From Chiloscyllium plagiosum (taxonomy: Eukaryota): DNA of 49,767 nucleotides. The notes under the pieces were generated by a model. It made no database searches, was not told where the DNA came from, and saw only the letters and a program-made list of their open reading frames with translations. The translations under genes and the position numbers were made by a program. The DNA lies in contig NC_057719.1 in NCBI RefSeq assembly GCF_004010195.1, positions 83,596,147 through 83,645,913 of the forward strand, given 5' to 3'. Below are positions 23,447 through 33,877 of the stretch, one piece after another (position 1 is the first letter of the stretch; each line of letters begins with the position of its first letter).

Positions 23447-24479
23447 ATCCAGATCCACTGCTGTCATTGTGGGTGTGTAAGTGTGTGCGCGTCTGTGTCT
23501 GATTGTGTGGGGTGTGCGTGTGGGGTGTGTGTCTGGGTGTATCTGTGCAAGTATCTGTGTAAGTGTGTGTGTGTGTGTGAGATGTCGTATGGCCTGAGAT
23601 CAGGATCTGACAGCTCCTTGAAGCCAGTTTTAACTCTGGGCGAAGGAGTGGGTTTTGAATGAGTTAAAGCCTGGCCTACTACAGTGTAGATGGCTGGATT
23701 GAAGCCTGGCGGGGGAGTCAAGGACGGTTGGCGGACTGCCCACACTGTTGAGGGCGGCTGATTGGGACACTGACCATGGTGCAGTTCCACCCTAACAATC
23801 AGAGACAGGAAAGAAAGTTCAATTTTTTTCTGGACTCCCCTGTGACTAAGAGCAGCTGCATATCTGCTCTGAGTTGGTTTCTAAACATACTCTCCACTCC
23901 CAAGCCGCTCACAACTGCCCCCCCGCACCACACAGGACCTTTCTCTAATACCCTCTCGTCAATGCCCCTGAGCTGCCAAAACACAACAGGACCATAACGG
24001 GGTGCCTTGATAAGATTATTAGACACCTTGTTGCTTTTAATTCTGGTTTTCAGGTTTTGTTCCTCCCACCCCCCACCCCACCTCACCCTCACATTCAGCT
24101 GCTCTGTGAGAGTCAAGAGTTTGGGAAAGATATGAATTACTTCAGCCTTCTGCCCTGTCACATGGTTTCACTTAGAACAAGGCCCGAGTTCAAACAAAAA
24201 ATGATTGAACTGCCAGACTGCTGCTCCATGGCTGACCTATTTGAACAAGACTTTTAAGCCTGTGTAATCCAACAATCACCCCTTTCTTCGCAAACTAGCT
24301 TTCCCGGGAACTTTTCGATTTGGATTTAAAATCCTGTGCCTGCAGCTCCCTCTCACTCCTAGATGAGGGTGGCCACCTCTGCTCCTTATCATCTGCGAAC
24401 TGTTCCCCCCACCCCCACCACCTCTGCCAACACCTCCGGGTTCTGGGTAATTCATTCTCCTTGTCACCTGACAGACACC

Positions 24480-24610
24480 ATAGAGCAAGCCTTTCCCTTG
24501 TTCACCACCAGCACCGAGCCTGAGTTGCTGAAGCCAGCTCCCTTAAGATAGGCAGCTAAATCAGCAGAGGCCGAGAATAGAGCCTGGGACTTTCCTGCAA
24601 GTGTGACTGG
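24480..24610 (-). mobile_element. LF-SINE-like 5' fragment
   Basis: Reverse complement ggaaagtcccaggctctattctcggcctctgctgatttagctg resembles the recalled LF-SINE head ggtcccaggttcgatccccggtctgtgctgagttagctg. Confidence 0.45.
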
Positions 24611-25139
24611 GGCGGGAGCAGGGTAGCGGTGGTTGTAGGTTGGGGAGAGGGAGAAATCTCAAGGGCATCAGCCAGTCTGAGACGTCAAGAGGAATGGGCT
24701 TGTTCCTCAGACCTTGGTTCAGTGCACAGAATGAAGAAGTATAGTTTGCTTGCTTCCAATTCTGAGATTATTTAAACTTTGATATTTATTCTCCTTCCTC
24801 TTTCTTTTCTGACCCACCTCTGCCTGTAAGCCACAGATTGGGATGGGCAGTAAAGCCCCTCTTAGGTTTATAGAGGTCAAAGTCAACAGGGAGGAGAAGG
24901 TGGGCTCATGAGAGGGCTGCACCCAGGGCAAACTCCCACAGTGCATTCTGGGATCTTACCAGATTGTCCTAGCCTCCCAACGATTCAAGGTTAATTTGGC
25001 AGCCAAAAAATTACAACGGAACCTCAAAAAATAATTGCCATCTTTTTTTCATTTAAGTTAGATATACTTTTGCATAGTAGTTATAACCATATCGGACATG
25101 GGAAGGCAGCTGTCTGAAGCAATAAGAATCCAGATTTTT

Positions 25140-25730
25140 TTATTGCTAATGAGTGATGGTCATTAGTTAACATTGGCCATGTTAGGCTAGTACTTGTTGC
25201 CCATTCCTAATTACTCTTATAGCAATTACCTTCTTCGGGAGCTACTGCAGTGCATCTGTTGTATGTACACCCACTTTGCTGTTAGGATTTTGACCCAATG
25301 TCACTGAAGGCGTGGCAATATATTTCCAAGTCTGAATGGTATACGGTTCGGAGGGGAACTTGGAGATGATGGTGTTCTGTTGTACCTGCTGCTCTTGAGG
25401 TTCTAGAAGATAGACTGGAGATTGAGAAGGTGCAGTCTAAGAAGCCTTGGAGAGTTATTGCAGTGCACCTTGTCGATGGTATACACTGCTGCTGCTACTG
25501 AGTGCTGGTAATGAAGGAAGTGAAGCTGAAAGTGGGAAATAAAGTACCAAATCAACTGGGGAGCTTTGTACTGGATGATGGTGGGCTTCTTGAGCTTTGT
25601 TGGAGCTACACTCCTCCAGGCAAGTGAGAATCTTCAATCACGCTCCTGAATCGTGGATGGCTTTGGGAAGTTGGGAAGTGCATGGCTCGCTGCAAAATCA
25701 CCAGCCTCTGTCCCCTGCTCTTGTCCCCAC
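25140..25730 (-). mobile_element. Decayed 3' end of the second LINE family
   Basis: Homologous to 12085-12650 and 40890-41420. Confidence 0.75.
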
Positions 25731-25799
25731 CATTTTGAAACAGTTTTAATGGTGTCGGTAACTGTGCTGAATGTGTGAGGGAGGTGTTTGGTTTTCTGT

Positions 25800-26135
25800 T
25801 AGAATCATTGAATCTTGGAATCCCTACAGTATGGAAAAAGGCCCTTCAGTCCAACAAGTCCACATCGGCCCTCTGAAGAGTAACCCACCCAGACCCCTAC
25901 CCTTTATTTATCCCTAATACCCTAACCTACACATCCCTGAACATTATGGACAATTTAGCATGGCCATCACCTAACCTGCACATCTTTGGACAGTTGGGAG
26001 GAAACCAGAGCACCCAGAAGAAACCCATGCAGACACGGGGAGAATGTGCAAACTCCACACAGTCTCCCAAGGCTGGAATCGAGCCCGGATCCTGGGCGCT
26101 GTGAGGCAGCAGTGCTAACCACTGAGCCACCATGT
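25800..26135 (-). mobile_element. HE1 SINE
   Basis: Head, V-core and tail on the minus strand. Confidence 0.9.
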
Positions 26136-26289
26136 GAGGAGATGATTGAGTGACAAACCTTCCGCGCTCAGAGTTTGGAGTCGAGAAGGACATTTAGTTA
26201 GGTGGATAGTGGTGTCAGGGTTGGGGGTGGGGGGCTGGAGGGAGACAGGAAGCGGAGGGAGGTCATGTCACCTCTGCAGCTGAGACCCC

Positions 26290-26550
26290 CATCCCTTCCA
26301 TGTGACGCCACTCCATAACCCTCACTCGATGACCAAACTGGAGGAATGTCAGCAGGTGATCTGACCATTTGTCCTGCTCACTGGGTACTTGCTGTCCAGC
26401 AGGCCTCACCAGTGAGTGATCACAGGTGGGGGGGGAGGGGGGGTTTGAGAACTGAGGCAATCTTCCCCCCCCCTCCCCCCAATCAATGGCCGAGGGGCAC
26501 TGGGAATAAATGCCTCAGAGCCATTGGGCTGAATCTATGTTAGCAGAGGA
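26290..26550 (-). mobile_element. LF-SINE-like element
   Basis: Reverse complement cagtgcccctcggc...ggaggggggaagattgcc...gtgatcactcactggtgaggcctgctgga...gtgagcaggaca...cctgctgacattc is colinear with the recalled LF-SINE consensus. Confidence 0.5.
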
Positions 26551-28039
26551 AAGGGGCCCCTGAGGCCTGTTCTGCCACTTAGTGTTCCTCAACCCTACCC
26601 ACCAACCTTCGCTCCAAACTCACTTGACATCCTTGTCCACTCATCCCAGTTTCGCCTCCTCAGGTTGACTCACCTACAGTCTCATGGGGAGAAAAGTGTG
26701 CCAAGTTTCCACTCACCCTTCCATGTCTGATTCTGTTCTGAATGACTGGGTTCTCATTGTAAGGTTGTCCACTGACCCCACCCCTCCCTCAGGTCAGTGA
26801 AATCCCCCCACACCCCATCACAGGAAACAGTCTTGCTCACCCTACGCCACTTGCAGTAGTTGACAGGAAGCGGTTAAATAGGTGATCAGTGGGCCCACCT
26901 ATTACCTCATCATGAATACCACCCCCTTGCTCTTTGGCGCTGACCACCTTCTATTGAGAGGTGCTTGCAGGAGCCCTGGGCACCTGAGGGGGCGTTGGGT
27001 TAATTCTGCAGCTCGAGTGGAACAAAAGACTCAGCCACCACAGCATTTGTACAGTAACCTGCGAGGTGTTGCGCAGGGCTGTGGAAACTCATCGAGTCGC
27101 CCAAGAGCTGGGGAAACTTATCGTGTCATGGTAACAAGGGCAGGAAGTGAGTGGCAATGACTCGAGACCAGCTCAAGGTGGGCCGAGGAGGCCAGGAGGT
27201 GGGTCAGTCTCTGATCGTCACCTCACAGGAAACAAACGCCCACTTGCCCTCAGTCTGCCTAGTCTCTAGGGTTGCGACTGGACTTTCACTGCTGCCAAGG
27301 TGCCTGCCCACAGGCAGAAATCACAAGCATCTATTTGCTTTGTTAGGCTACATTGTGGATGTTTAGTCAGGGCTGGTGTACTCAATCACCACCGACGTGC
27401 CTTCTGAACATGACCAACAGCCGGGAGGCCTCCCTCCAGCCTTAGGCCACCTATTTGTATGGAGTAGGGCGATGGTGTTAGGGGCAGTGGGGTTAGACTG
27501 TCGTTGCTAGCTTCCTCCCACCTTCATGAGCATAGGCCGAACATTTCATGTCTTCCCCTAGACAACGCTGAAGCCACAGGATCGATTAGAATAAAATACC
27601 AAGTGGCAACATCTCCCTTCAATTCCCCCTCAATCCAGGAACGATATTGTGCTTGTATCCCAAAGCTTCCAGTTTAGCCTGGATTCTCAGGAATTAAGAT
27701 TAATCTCTAGGTCTCCACTCTAAAATATAAGGGTACTGATGTAGTGCGTGTGTGTGTGTGCGTGCATATGGGGGTCTTTCTGACCAAAATCTAGATTAAA
27801 ATGTCACAATATGCTTCAAATGACTGCAACCAACAAAATCTGACATGCAGCCATCTGAAGAGACTCAAACTTTGGTGAAAGATGCGGGTTTAAAGGCGTG
27901 TCTCAGGGGAGGAGAGAAAGTTTTGGAGAAATAATTCCACAGCTTTCAGGTCCTTGACAGTTTGAAGGCACAGCCACAACTGGTGAAGCAGAGAAACTTG
28001 CTAAGATCCCAGTCCCAGACCCTCTGATACCAGACTGAT

Positions 28040-28262
28040 AATTTTAAGGTGGTTGGAGGCAGGTTCTTTACACAGAGAGTAGTGGGTGTGTGGAATGCAC
28101 TGCCAGCAGTAGTAGAGTCAGATACATTAGGGACATTTAAGCGACTCTTGGATAGGCACATGGATGATAGTAAAATGAAGGGTATGTAGGTTAGCTTGAT
28201 CTTACAGTAGGATAAAAGGTTGGCACAACATTGAGGGCTGAAGGGCCTGTACTGTTCTATAT
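28040..28262 (+). mobile_element. CR1 3' end
   Basis: ggttctttacacagagagtagtgggtgtgtggaatgcactgcc...gggctgaagggcctgtactgttct. Confidence 0.85.
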
Positions 28263-28728
28263 TAGGTGATCTGGTTCTACCTGTCTGGGGTGAGTCAAGA
28301 GTGTCTGAGTGAAAAGCAAGTAATTGAGACTTTCTAGCAACGTTCCCTCTTTTTCATGCTTTACCAGTCTCACTGAAATGCCCTGTTCCCCACATTTCAT
28401 CCCGACAGCCTGCAGTCTCAGACCACACTGTTATAACAAGCACGAGATTCCAGGGATCAGGAAGCAGGAAACAAGACAGAGAGCAGCCCAGTTGGTCACT
28501 GGGAACAGTGCCTGATGCAGACCTACGATGACCCTTGACCAACATTGAGTTAGTTGTCATGTTCATTTTAACTGAGTATAGGATTGAGCTGGGTGTGTGT
28601 GTATGTGTGGTGGGGGGCAATTTGGGAGAATGTGTGAGCTATGGTGTGTGGTGGGGGTTAATGTGTGTTGGAGTATATCTAGAAGATGTGTGTATGTGTG
28701 TGAGGGGTGAATGTGTGTGTGTTTTTGG

Positions 28729-28945
28729 TTTAGATTAGATTCACTACAGTGTGGAACAGGCCCTTTGGCCCAACTAGTCCACACTGACCCTCCGAACACT
28801 AACACTACGGGCAATTTAGCATGGCCAATTCACCTACCCTGCACATCTTTGGATTGTGGGAGGAAACCCACGCAGACACAGGGAGAATGGGCAAACTCCA
28901 CACAGACAGGCGCCCAAGGCTGGAATCGAACCTGGGACCCTGTTG
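28729..28945 (-). mobile_element. HE1 SINE with internal deletions
   Basis: ttagattagattcactacagtgtggaacaggccc...V-core...ggaatcgaacctggg. Confidence 0.85.
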
Positions 28946-29179
28946 TGTGTGTGTGTGTGGAGGGGGAGGCAACCTGTTGAAATTTACACCCTACATTATT
29001 CGGGAAGCACACCATACCACGATGTTACTTCCTGATACCAATCCAGCATTTTCCTGGTTGTGGAGTCTTACCAGGCCCCTCACTGTTCCCTGTCAACCCA
29101 CCCACTCTTTCTGACCTGGTTCAGATTCCAAGTACGGAGTGACACCCTGACAACTGTGGGGGAAAGTGCAGAAATAAGG

Positions 29180-29345
29180 TGCTTTCCTGTAGCGCCTTCC
29201 ACCACCTCAGCCCTTCACAACCTGATTTGAGGTGCAGCCACTGCTGGAATGTGCGGGAAGGCCAGCAGGAAAGCTGAGCATAGCAAGATTCCATACACAG
29301 CGATGTGATCATGATGTGCGCCAGATAAGTGATTTAAAGGTGACA
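29180..29345 (-). mobile_element. Deu-SINE-like tail fragment
   Basis: gtagcgccttccaccacctcag...tttgaggtgcagccactg...gcatagcaagattcc...agcgatgtgat resembles the reverse complement of the Deu-SINE tail. Confidence 0.45.
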
Positions 29346-29729
29346 ACCCAGGGTGACTGCTTCTCAAGCATGGCCCAGAGCTGCTGGCCATGTGCCACTT
29401 TAGTTCACCACTTGCCTGTGGAGCTGCTGTGTCTGTCCACGGACTGCTCCAGCCTCCCAGTGAAGCCTAATGGAAGCTGGAGGAGCCTCACTTTCCAGTC
29501 GCCTGCTTCCTTGTCTCCATTTCAGTTTTGACGACTTCAGTTCCTCCGTTTTCAGTCTCTTTTGTTGTTTTTTACCGTGTGAGCCAGTTTGAATCTGGTT
29601 TTTCGAGTTCTTGCTTTTGGACAGAGACGTTCATTACTCAACCGTTCACACTCACGCTGGACAAATGTTTCGTTCCTTTAGTACAACCATTACCACTCCC
29701 TTTGCCTTTTGTTGTCATTTAATCTACAG

Positions 29730-29936
29730 TAGATGGTGCGTGTATGGAATGAGCTGCCAGAGGAAGTGGTGGGGGTTGGTACAATTACAACATTTAAAAG
29801 GCATCTGGATGGGTATATGAATAGGAAGGGTTTAGTGAGATATGGGCCAAGTGCTGGCAAATGGGACTGGATTAGGTTAGGATATCTGGTCAGCATGGAC
29901 GAGTTGGACCGAAGGGTCTGTTTCTGTGACTCTATG
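29730..29936 (+). mobile_element. CR1/HER1 3' end
   Basis: VRVWNELPEEVV..FKRHLDGYMNRKG plus tail. Confidence 0.88.
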
Positions 29937-30025
29937 GGTCTCCCGCTCACTACTCTACCCCAGCGTTGCCCTTTCGGTTCCATCTCCCCCTGCTCCCACC
30001 CCCCCAGCCCCAAACCCCATCACAT

Positions 30026-30264
30026 TTCTGACAGAGGGTCACTGGACTCGATTCTGTTTGTCACTCTCTCTCTCTCTACAGATACTGCCAGACCTGCTGA
30101 GTTTCTCCAGTGCCTTTTTTTGGATTATATTTTACTGTCACGTGTACTCAAGCACAGGAATACATGACTAAAGTGGGAAAGGGTACAAAGTCAGCATTGT
30201 CCAGCACCATCTCAGTGCTTTCTGTTTTTGTTTAAAGTTTTCAGCAGCTACAGCCTTTAGCTTC
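30026..30264 (+). mobile_element. Decayed Penelope-like terminal fragment of a related subfamily, interrupted at ~30111-30214
   Basis: ttctgacagagggtcactggactcga...agatactgccagacctgctgagtttctccag...ttctgtttttgttt..ttttcagcagctacagc. Confidence 0.5.
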
Positions 30265-30554
30265 CAAGGAAGTGCTTGGCTGAGTCCTGAGCTCCCCTAC
30301 CCTTCCAACACCACCAGCACAAGAGGACCTCTCACATTCACCAGAGGGGAGCATTAATTCATTGATAAGGTTCCACACTGCAGGGTTCCCTTGGAATTGC
30401 AACTTCAAGCGTCAGTCTGGATTGAAGCCCTTGAATCTCTGGATTTGGATTATGAGCCTGCGAGTAGGCCGTTCTGCCCCTCAAACCTGTGCCAGCATTC
30501 AACGAGACCATGGGTAATTGGTAGCCTCACTCCACACACCCGCCTTTGGCACAC

Positions 30555-30860
30555 ATAGAACCCCTACAGTCTGGAGGTAGGCCATTCGGCCCATTGGGTC
30601 CATACCAACTTTTCAAAGAGCATCACACCTGGACCTGCACCCCCACCCACCCATTAACCCTGCACTTCCCCATGGTTAACCCACTCAAGCCTGCGCATCC
30701 CTGGACACGATGGGGCAACTTAGCGTGGCCAACCCACCTAACCTTTGGACCAGAGCACCCAGAGGAAACCCACGCAGACATGGGGAGAATATACAAACTC
30801 CACACAGACTTGGTCGCCCGAGGGTGCGATCGAACCCGGATCCCTAGCTGACCATGTGCC
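30555..30860 (-). mobile_element. HE1 SINE
   Basis: V-core and tail on the minus strand. Confidence 0.8.
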
Positions 30861-30997
30861 TAAAAACCTTTGCTCAACAACATTTTAAGTCTTAAGACGG
30901 ATACATTTTAACAACAATTTGTGACTCGAGAGGCTGAGGGAGGGTAGGGATAGTGCTTAAGGCAGGTACTGAAACTAAAAATTAATTTGAAGCAGGG

Positions 30998-31163
30998 ATT
31001 AGATTAGATTACTTACAGTGTGGAAACAGGCCCTTCGGCCCAACAAGTCCACAACGACCCCCCGAAGAGCAACCCACCCAGACCCAACCCCCTACATTTA
31101 CCACTTCACCTAACACTACGGGCAATTTTGCCTGACCAACTCACCTCGCCTGCACATTTTTTG
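30998..31163 (-). mobile_element. HE1 SINE 3' half
   Basis: attagattagattacttacagtgtggaaacaggcccttcggccc... Confidence 0.85.
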
Positions 31164-33208
31164 GAAAGGAGGGGAAGGGGGTGGGGGGGTGTAGAGGAGA
31201 TGAAGAGAGCAGCCTTTCCCCCACCCTCCCTCCCTCCAAACAAAAAACTAAAAGCACTCCTGTGGAGGATCCCAACTGGAAGTGGGTCAAAACGAGGCCT
31301 CCTGGAAGACTGTGGGATATGTGTTCACAATGCGCCAGTGTAGGAAGTGGTCGTACCTGCCATAGCCAGGGACTCCCACCCCCCACAACTCAGGAGAGAG
31401 AAAAGCAGTGATCCAGCCTCCACCCTCCCATACGGCACATGGAGAGAGAGAGAGGCATCAGCACTGGAAGCTCTCTCATCCCCTCAGATGAGTCTAAAAA
31501 CTCTGTCTGAGGGTTGGAGCTCCTTCAAAACATAGCCCAGTGGCCGCAAAGGTAAATAACTTGTGAAGAGACGAGGCGAAAGCTTTCAAAGGGGCGAGCC
31601 CCGGTCCTGACCTCTGTGGCTATCGGGAATTGTATTTTGCGGGAAAACAGCCTGGCTTTGAGGGAGGAGGAGCTGGGGGGGGGAGCAAAACTTGTAGAAT
31701 TCCAAAAATAGAAAATGCATATTAAAAGAGAAAGAGAGAGCAAAGCGACAATATTCCAGCTGTTATTTCGCGAGCACATAGTGTTAACTATCTGCTGATT
31801 CAGCCACCACGTGTGAATGGGATTGAGGAAGGTTTGGTGATTGAGATTTGAATGGGTTCAGTTCCTCTGCACCCCCCCAACGACACACACTGTTTATAAT
31901 GTTGAAGGCTCCGTTTAAAATAGCCACAGCGCTGAACCACACCACATCTCTATTTTCCCCTTCATTCCAGTTTCTTTATTACTTAATCCTGCCGAACTTT
32001 TTTTTAAAAAATATGTCGCTGCAAATTGTTGAGAGTTTAAAAATTAAAATTAAAAGCGCATGACGGTGGGGAGCTCGCCCATGCTTTATGAAAAATCAGC
32101 GTCAGGCGGATTCCCTCGGAATGAGAAGTTAAGAGGGAAAGAAATAGCTTTTAGTGATACGAATTAGCGTGCTGTTCTGTGTAGGTTTTTAAAAACAAAA
32201 CAATCCTGCTTTTTTTGGGGTGGGGAAAACTATTAAATACAAATCCCTCTTCTGAAAGAAAGTCTTTGCGGAGTCATGTAAAGGGAGAGGGGGTATATAA
32301 GAGTGAAACTTTCTTTTAAGGGGAAGAATAAACTTTTTTTTAAAAGGAAATAAAAGATTAACTTTTTTAAAAAACAAAACGAGGGGGAATAAAAGAGAAA
32401 CGTTTTGCAAAGGGGAGGAGTAAGGGGGAAACGTCTTTTAAAAAAAACAGGATAAGAGAAACGTGCTTTATAGGAATGTCTTTTAAAGGGGGGGGGGTAA
32501 TAAATGAGAAAACATGCTTTTTTTTTTGTAAAAAGCAAAACTCTCTCGTTCCATTCTTAAATTTCCCTTTCTCCGACCCCCCCCCCCCAAAGAAAACAAG
32601 TTTTTAAAAAAAGTTCCTTTAGCGCCAAGTTCCTTTTGTGCTCTCTCCCGCCAAAACCCGTTGTAACAGACTTGAAATTGCAACCATCTGTTACAGACGA
32701 TAAGCCGCGCACAATGAAAATCATTCGGAAACAGCCAAAACACCGCGAGTCGAAATGTGTGGGTTTTTTTAAAAAGACATACTATTAAACTATGTTTTTT
32801 TTTATTTGAAAAGTCTTAAAACTGCCCCTATCTTAGTGGCCACTTTAAAAACACACTTTGAAACAGCCTTTCAGTAAATCCACTGAACCTTGTGCAACCC
32901 ATTGTATAAAGGGCTCCACATTTTCCCTCCCAAAATGTTTAATCCAGAAAGGAAAAAAACGCATTCTCTTCCCCCCCCCCCCAAAAAAAAACCTTTGTCA
33001 AACATTTCGCAATGGCTTCTACCAGCTCCAAATCCCGCCCAAAAACAAAACAAAACAAAACAAAAAGACCCAACACACTGAAAGCTACCAATTAGTTAAC
33101 TTCATTGAGATGTTATGGTGTGGTGCAAAGTTTTAAGTTCATTTAAACAAGCGACAAAAAAAAAAATGACAAACTTGCACAGAGGAAGTAAATGGACAGA
33201 GGGGAGCC

Positions 33209-33498
33209 ACTTGGGGAGGGGAAGAAAAAGTTTTAACTTGGTAAAGTTTTAACTTTTTTTTGTGTGTGGGAAGGCGTTAATTTCTCTCTCTCTCTGTGTG
33301 TGTGTGTGTGTGTGGGTGTGTGCTGGGTGCAGTTGCTGTCAGTCAGCGAGAACTTGGGGAGGGGAAGAAAAAGTTTTAACTTGGTAAAGTTTTAACTTTT
33401 TTTTGTGTGTGGGAAGGCGTTAATTTCTCTCTCTCTGTGTGTGTGTGTGTGTGTGTGTGGGTGTGTGTGCTGGGTGCAGTTGCTGTCAGTCAGCGAGA
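33209..33498. repeat. Tandem duplication of a 143/147-bp unit upstream of ZFP36L1
   Basis: Copies 33209-33351 and 33352-33498 are identical except for (TC)n and (TG)n lengths. Confidence 0.95.
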
Positions 33499-33529
33499 TT
33501 TTTTTTTTCAAAAAAAAAACCAAAAAAAG

Positions 33530-33823
33530 AGCCCACAAGCTCGGGCTGATTTAAATACCAGGGATCCGCCTACGGGGGGAAGGGAAATTATTTATGGGTG
33601 ATGTCGGACTGCGAGTTGTTGAAAGTCTGCGGGGCGAGTGGGAGGCTCGCAGCTTAGAGAAGAGAGAGAGAGAGAGAAGAAAATAGAAAATAATAGCAGA
33701 CCGGTGTAGTTGGGGAGTCGATCCGATCCGATCCGAGTCGCCCCGCCCCGTCCCTGTCCCCGTCCCCCCCCCACACAGCCGCGTATCGACCCCCTTGCTC
33801 TCGCTAAAGCCGGACACCTCGAG
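33530..33823 (+). promoter_or_regulatory. ZFP36L1 core promoter / 5' UTR, CpG-rich
   Basis: CpG-rich stretch before the ATG; TATA-like candidates TTTAAATA (33550) and TTATTTAT (33588); GC boxes; (GATCC)3. TSS cannot be determined from sequence alone. Confidence 0.6.
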
Positions 33824-33877
33824 ATGTCTACAAAGTTGACCTCATGTTTCTACGACATTGGAGAAGTTTTATGCAAG
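33824..33877 (+). CDS. ZFP36L1: ZFP36L1 coding exon 1 (MSTKLTSCFYDIGEVLCK)
   Basis: ATG at 33824, 18 codons ending ...EVLCK, then phase-0 donor AAG|gtaaaa at 33878. TIS11-family genes have this short first coding exon ending in LCK. Confidence 0.92.

Noticed and set aside
33594..33686. Two upstream ATG ORFs (33594-33686, 33601-33657) and an ARE-like TTATTTAT at 33588
   Set aside because: Probably upstream of the TSS if TTATTTAT acts as the TATA-like box; cannot be called uORFs or a 5' ARE without CAGE data.
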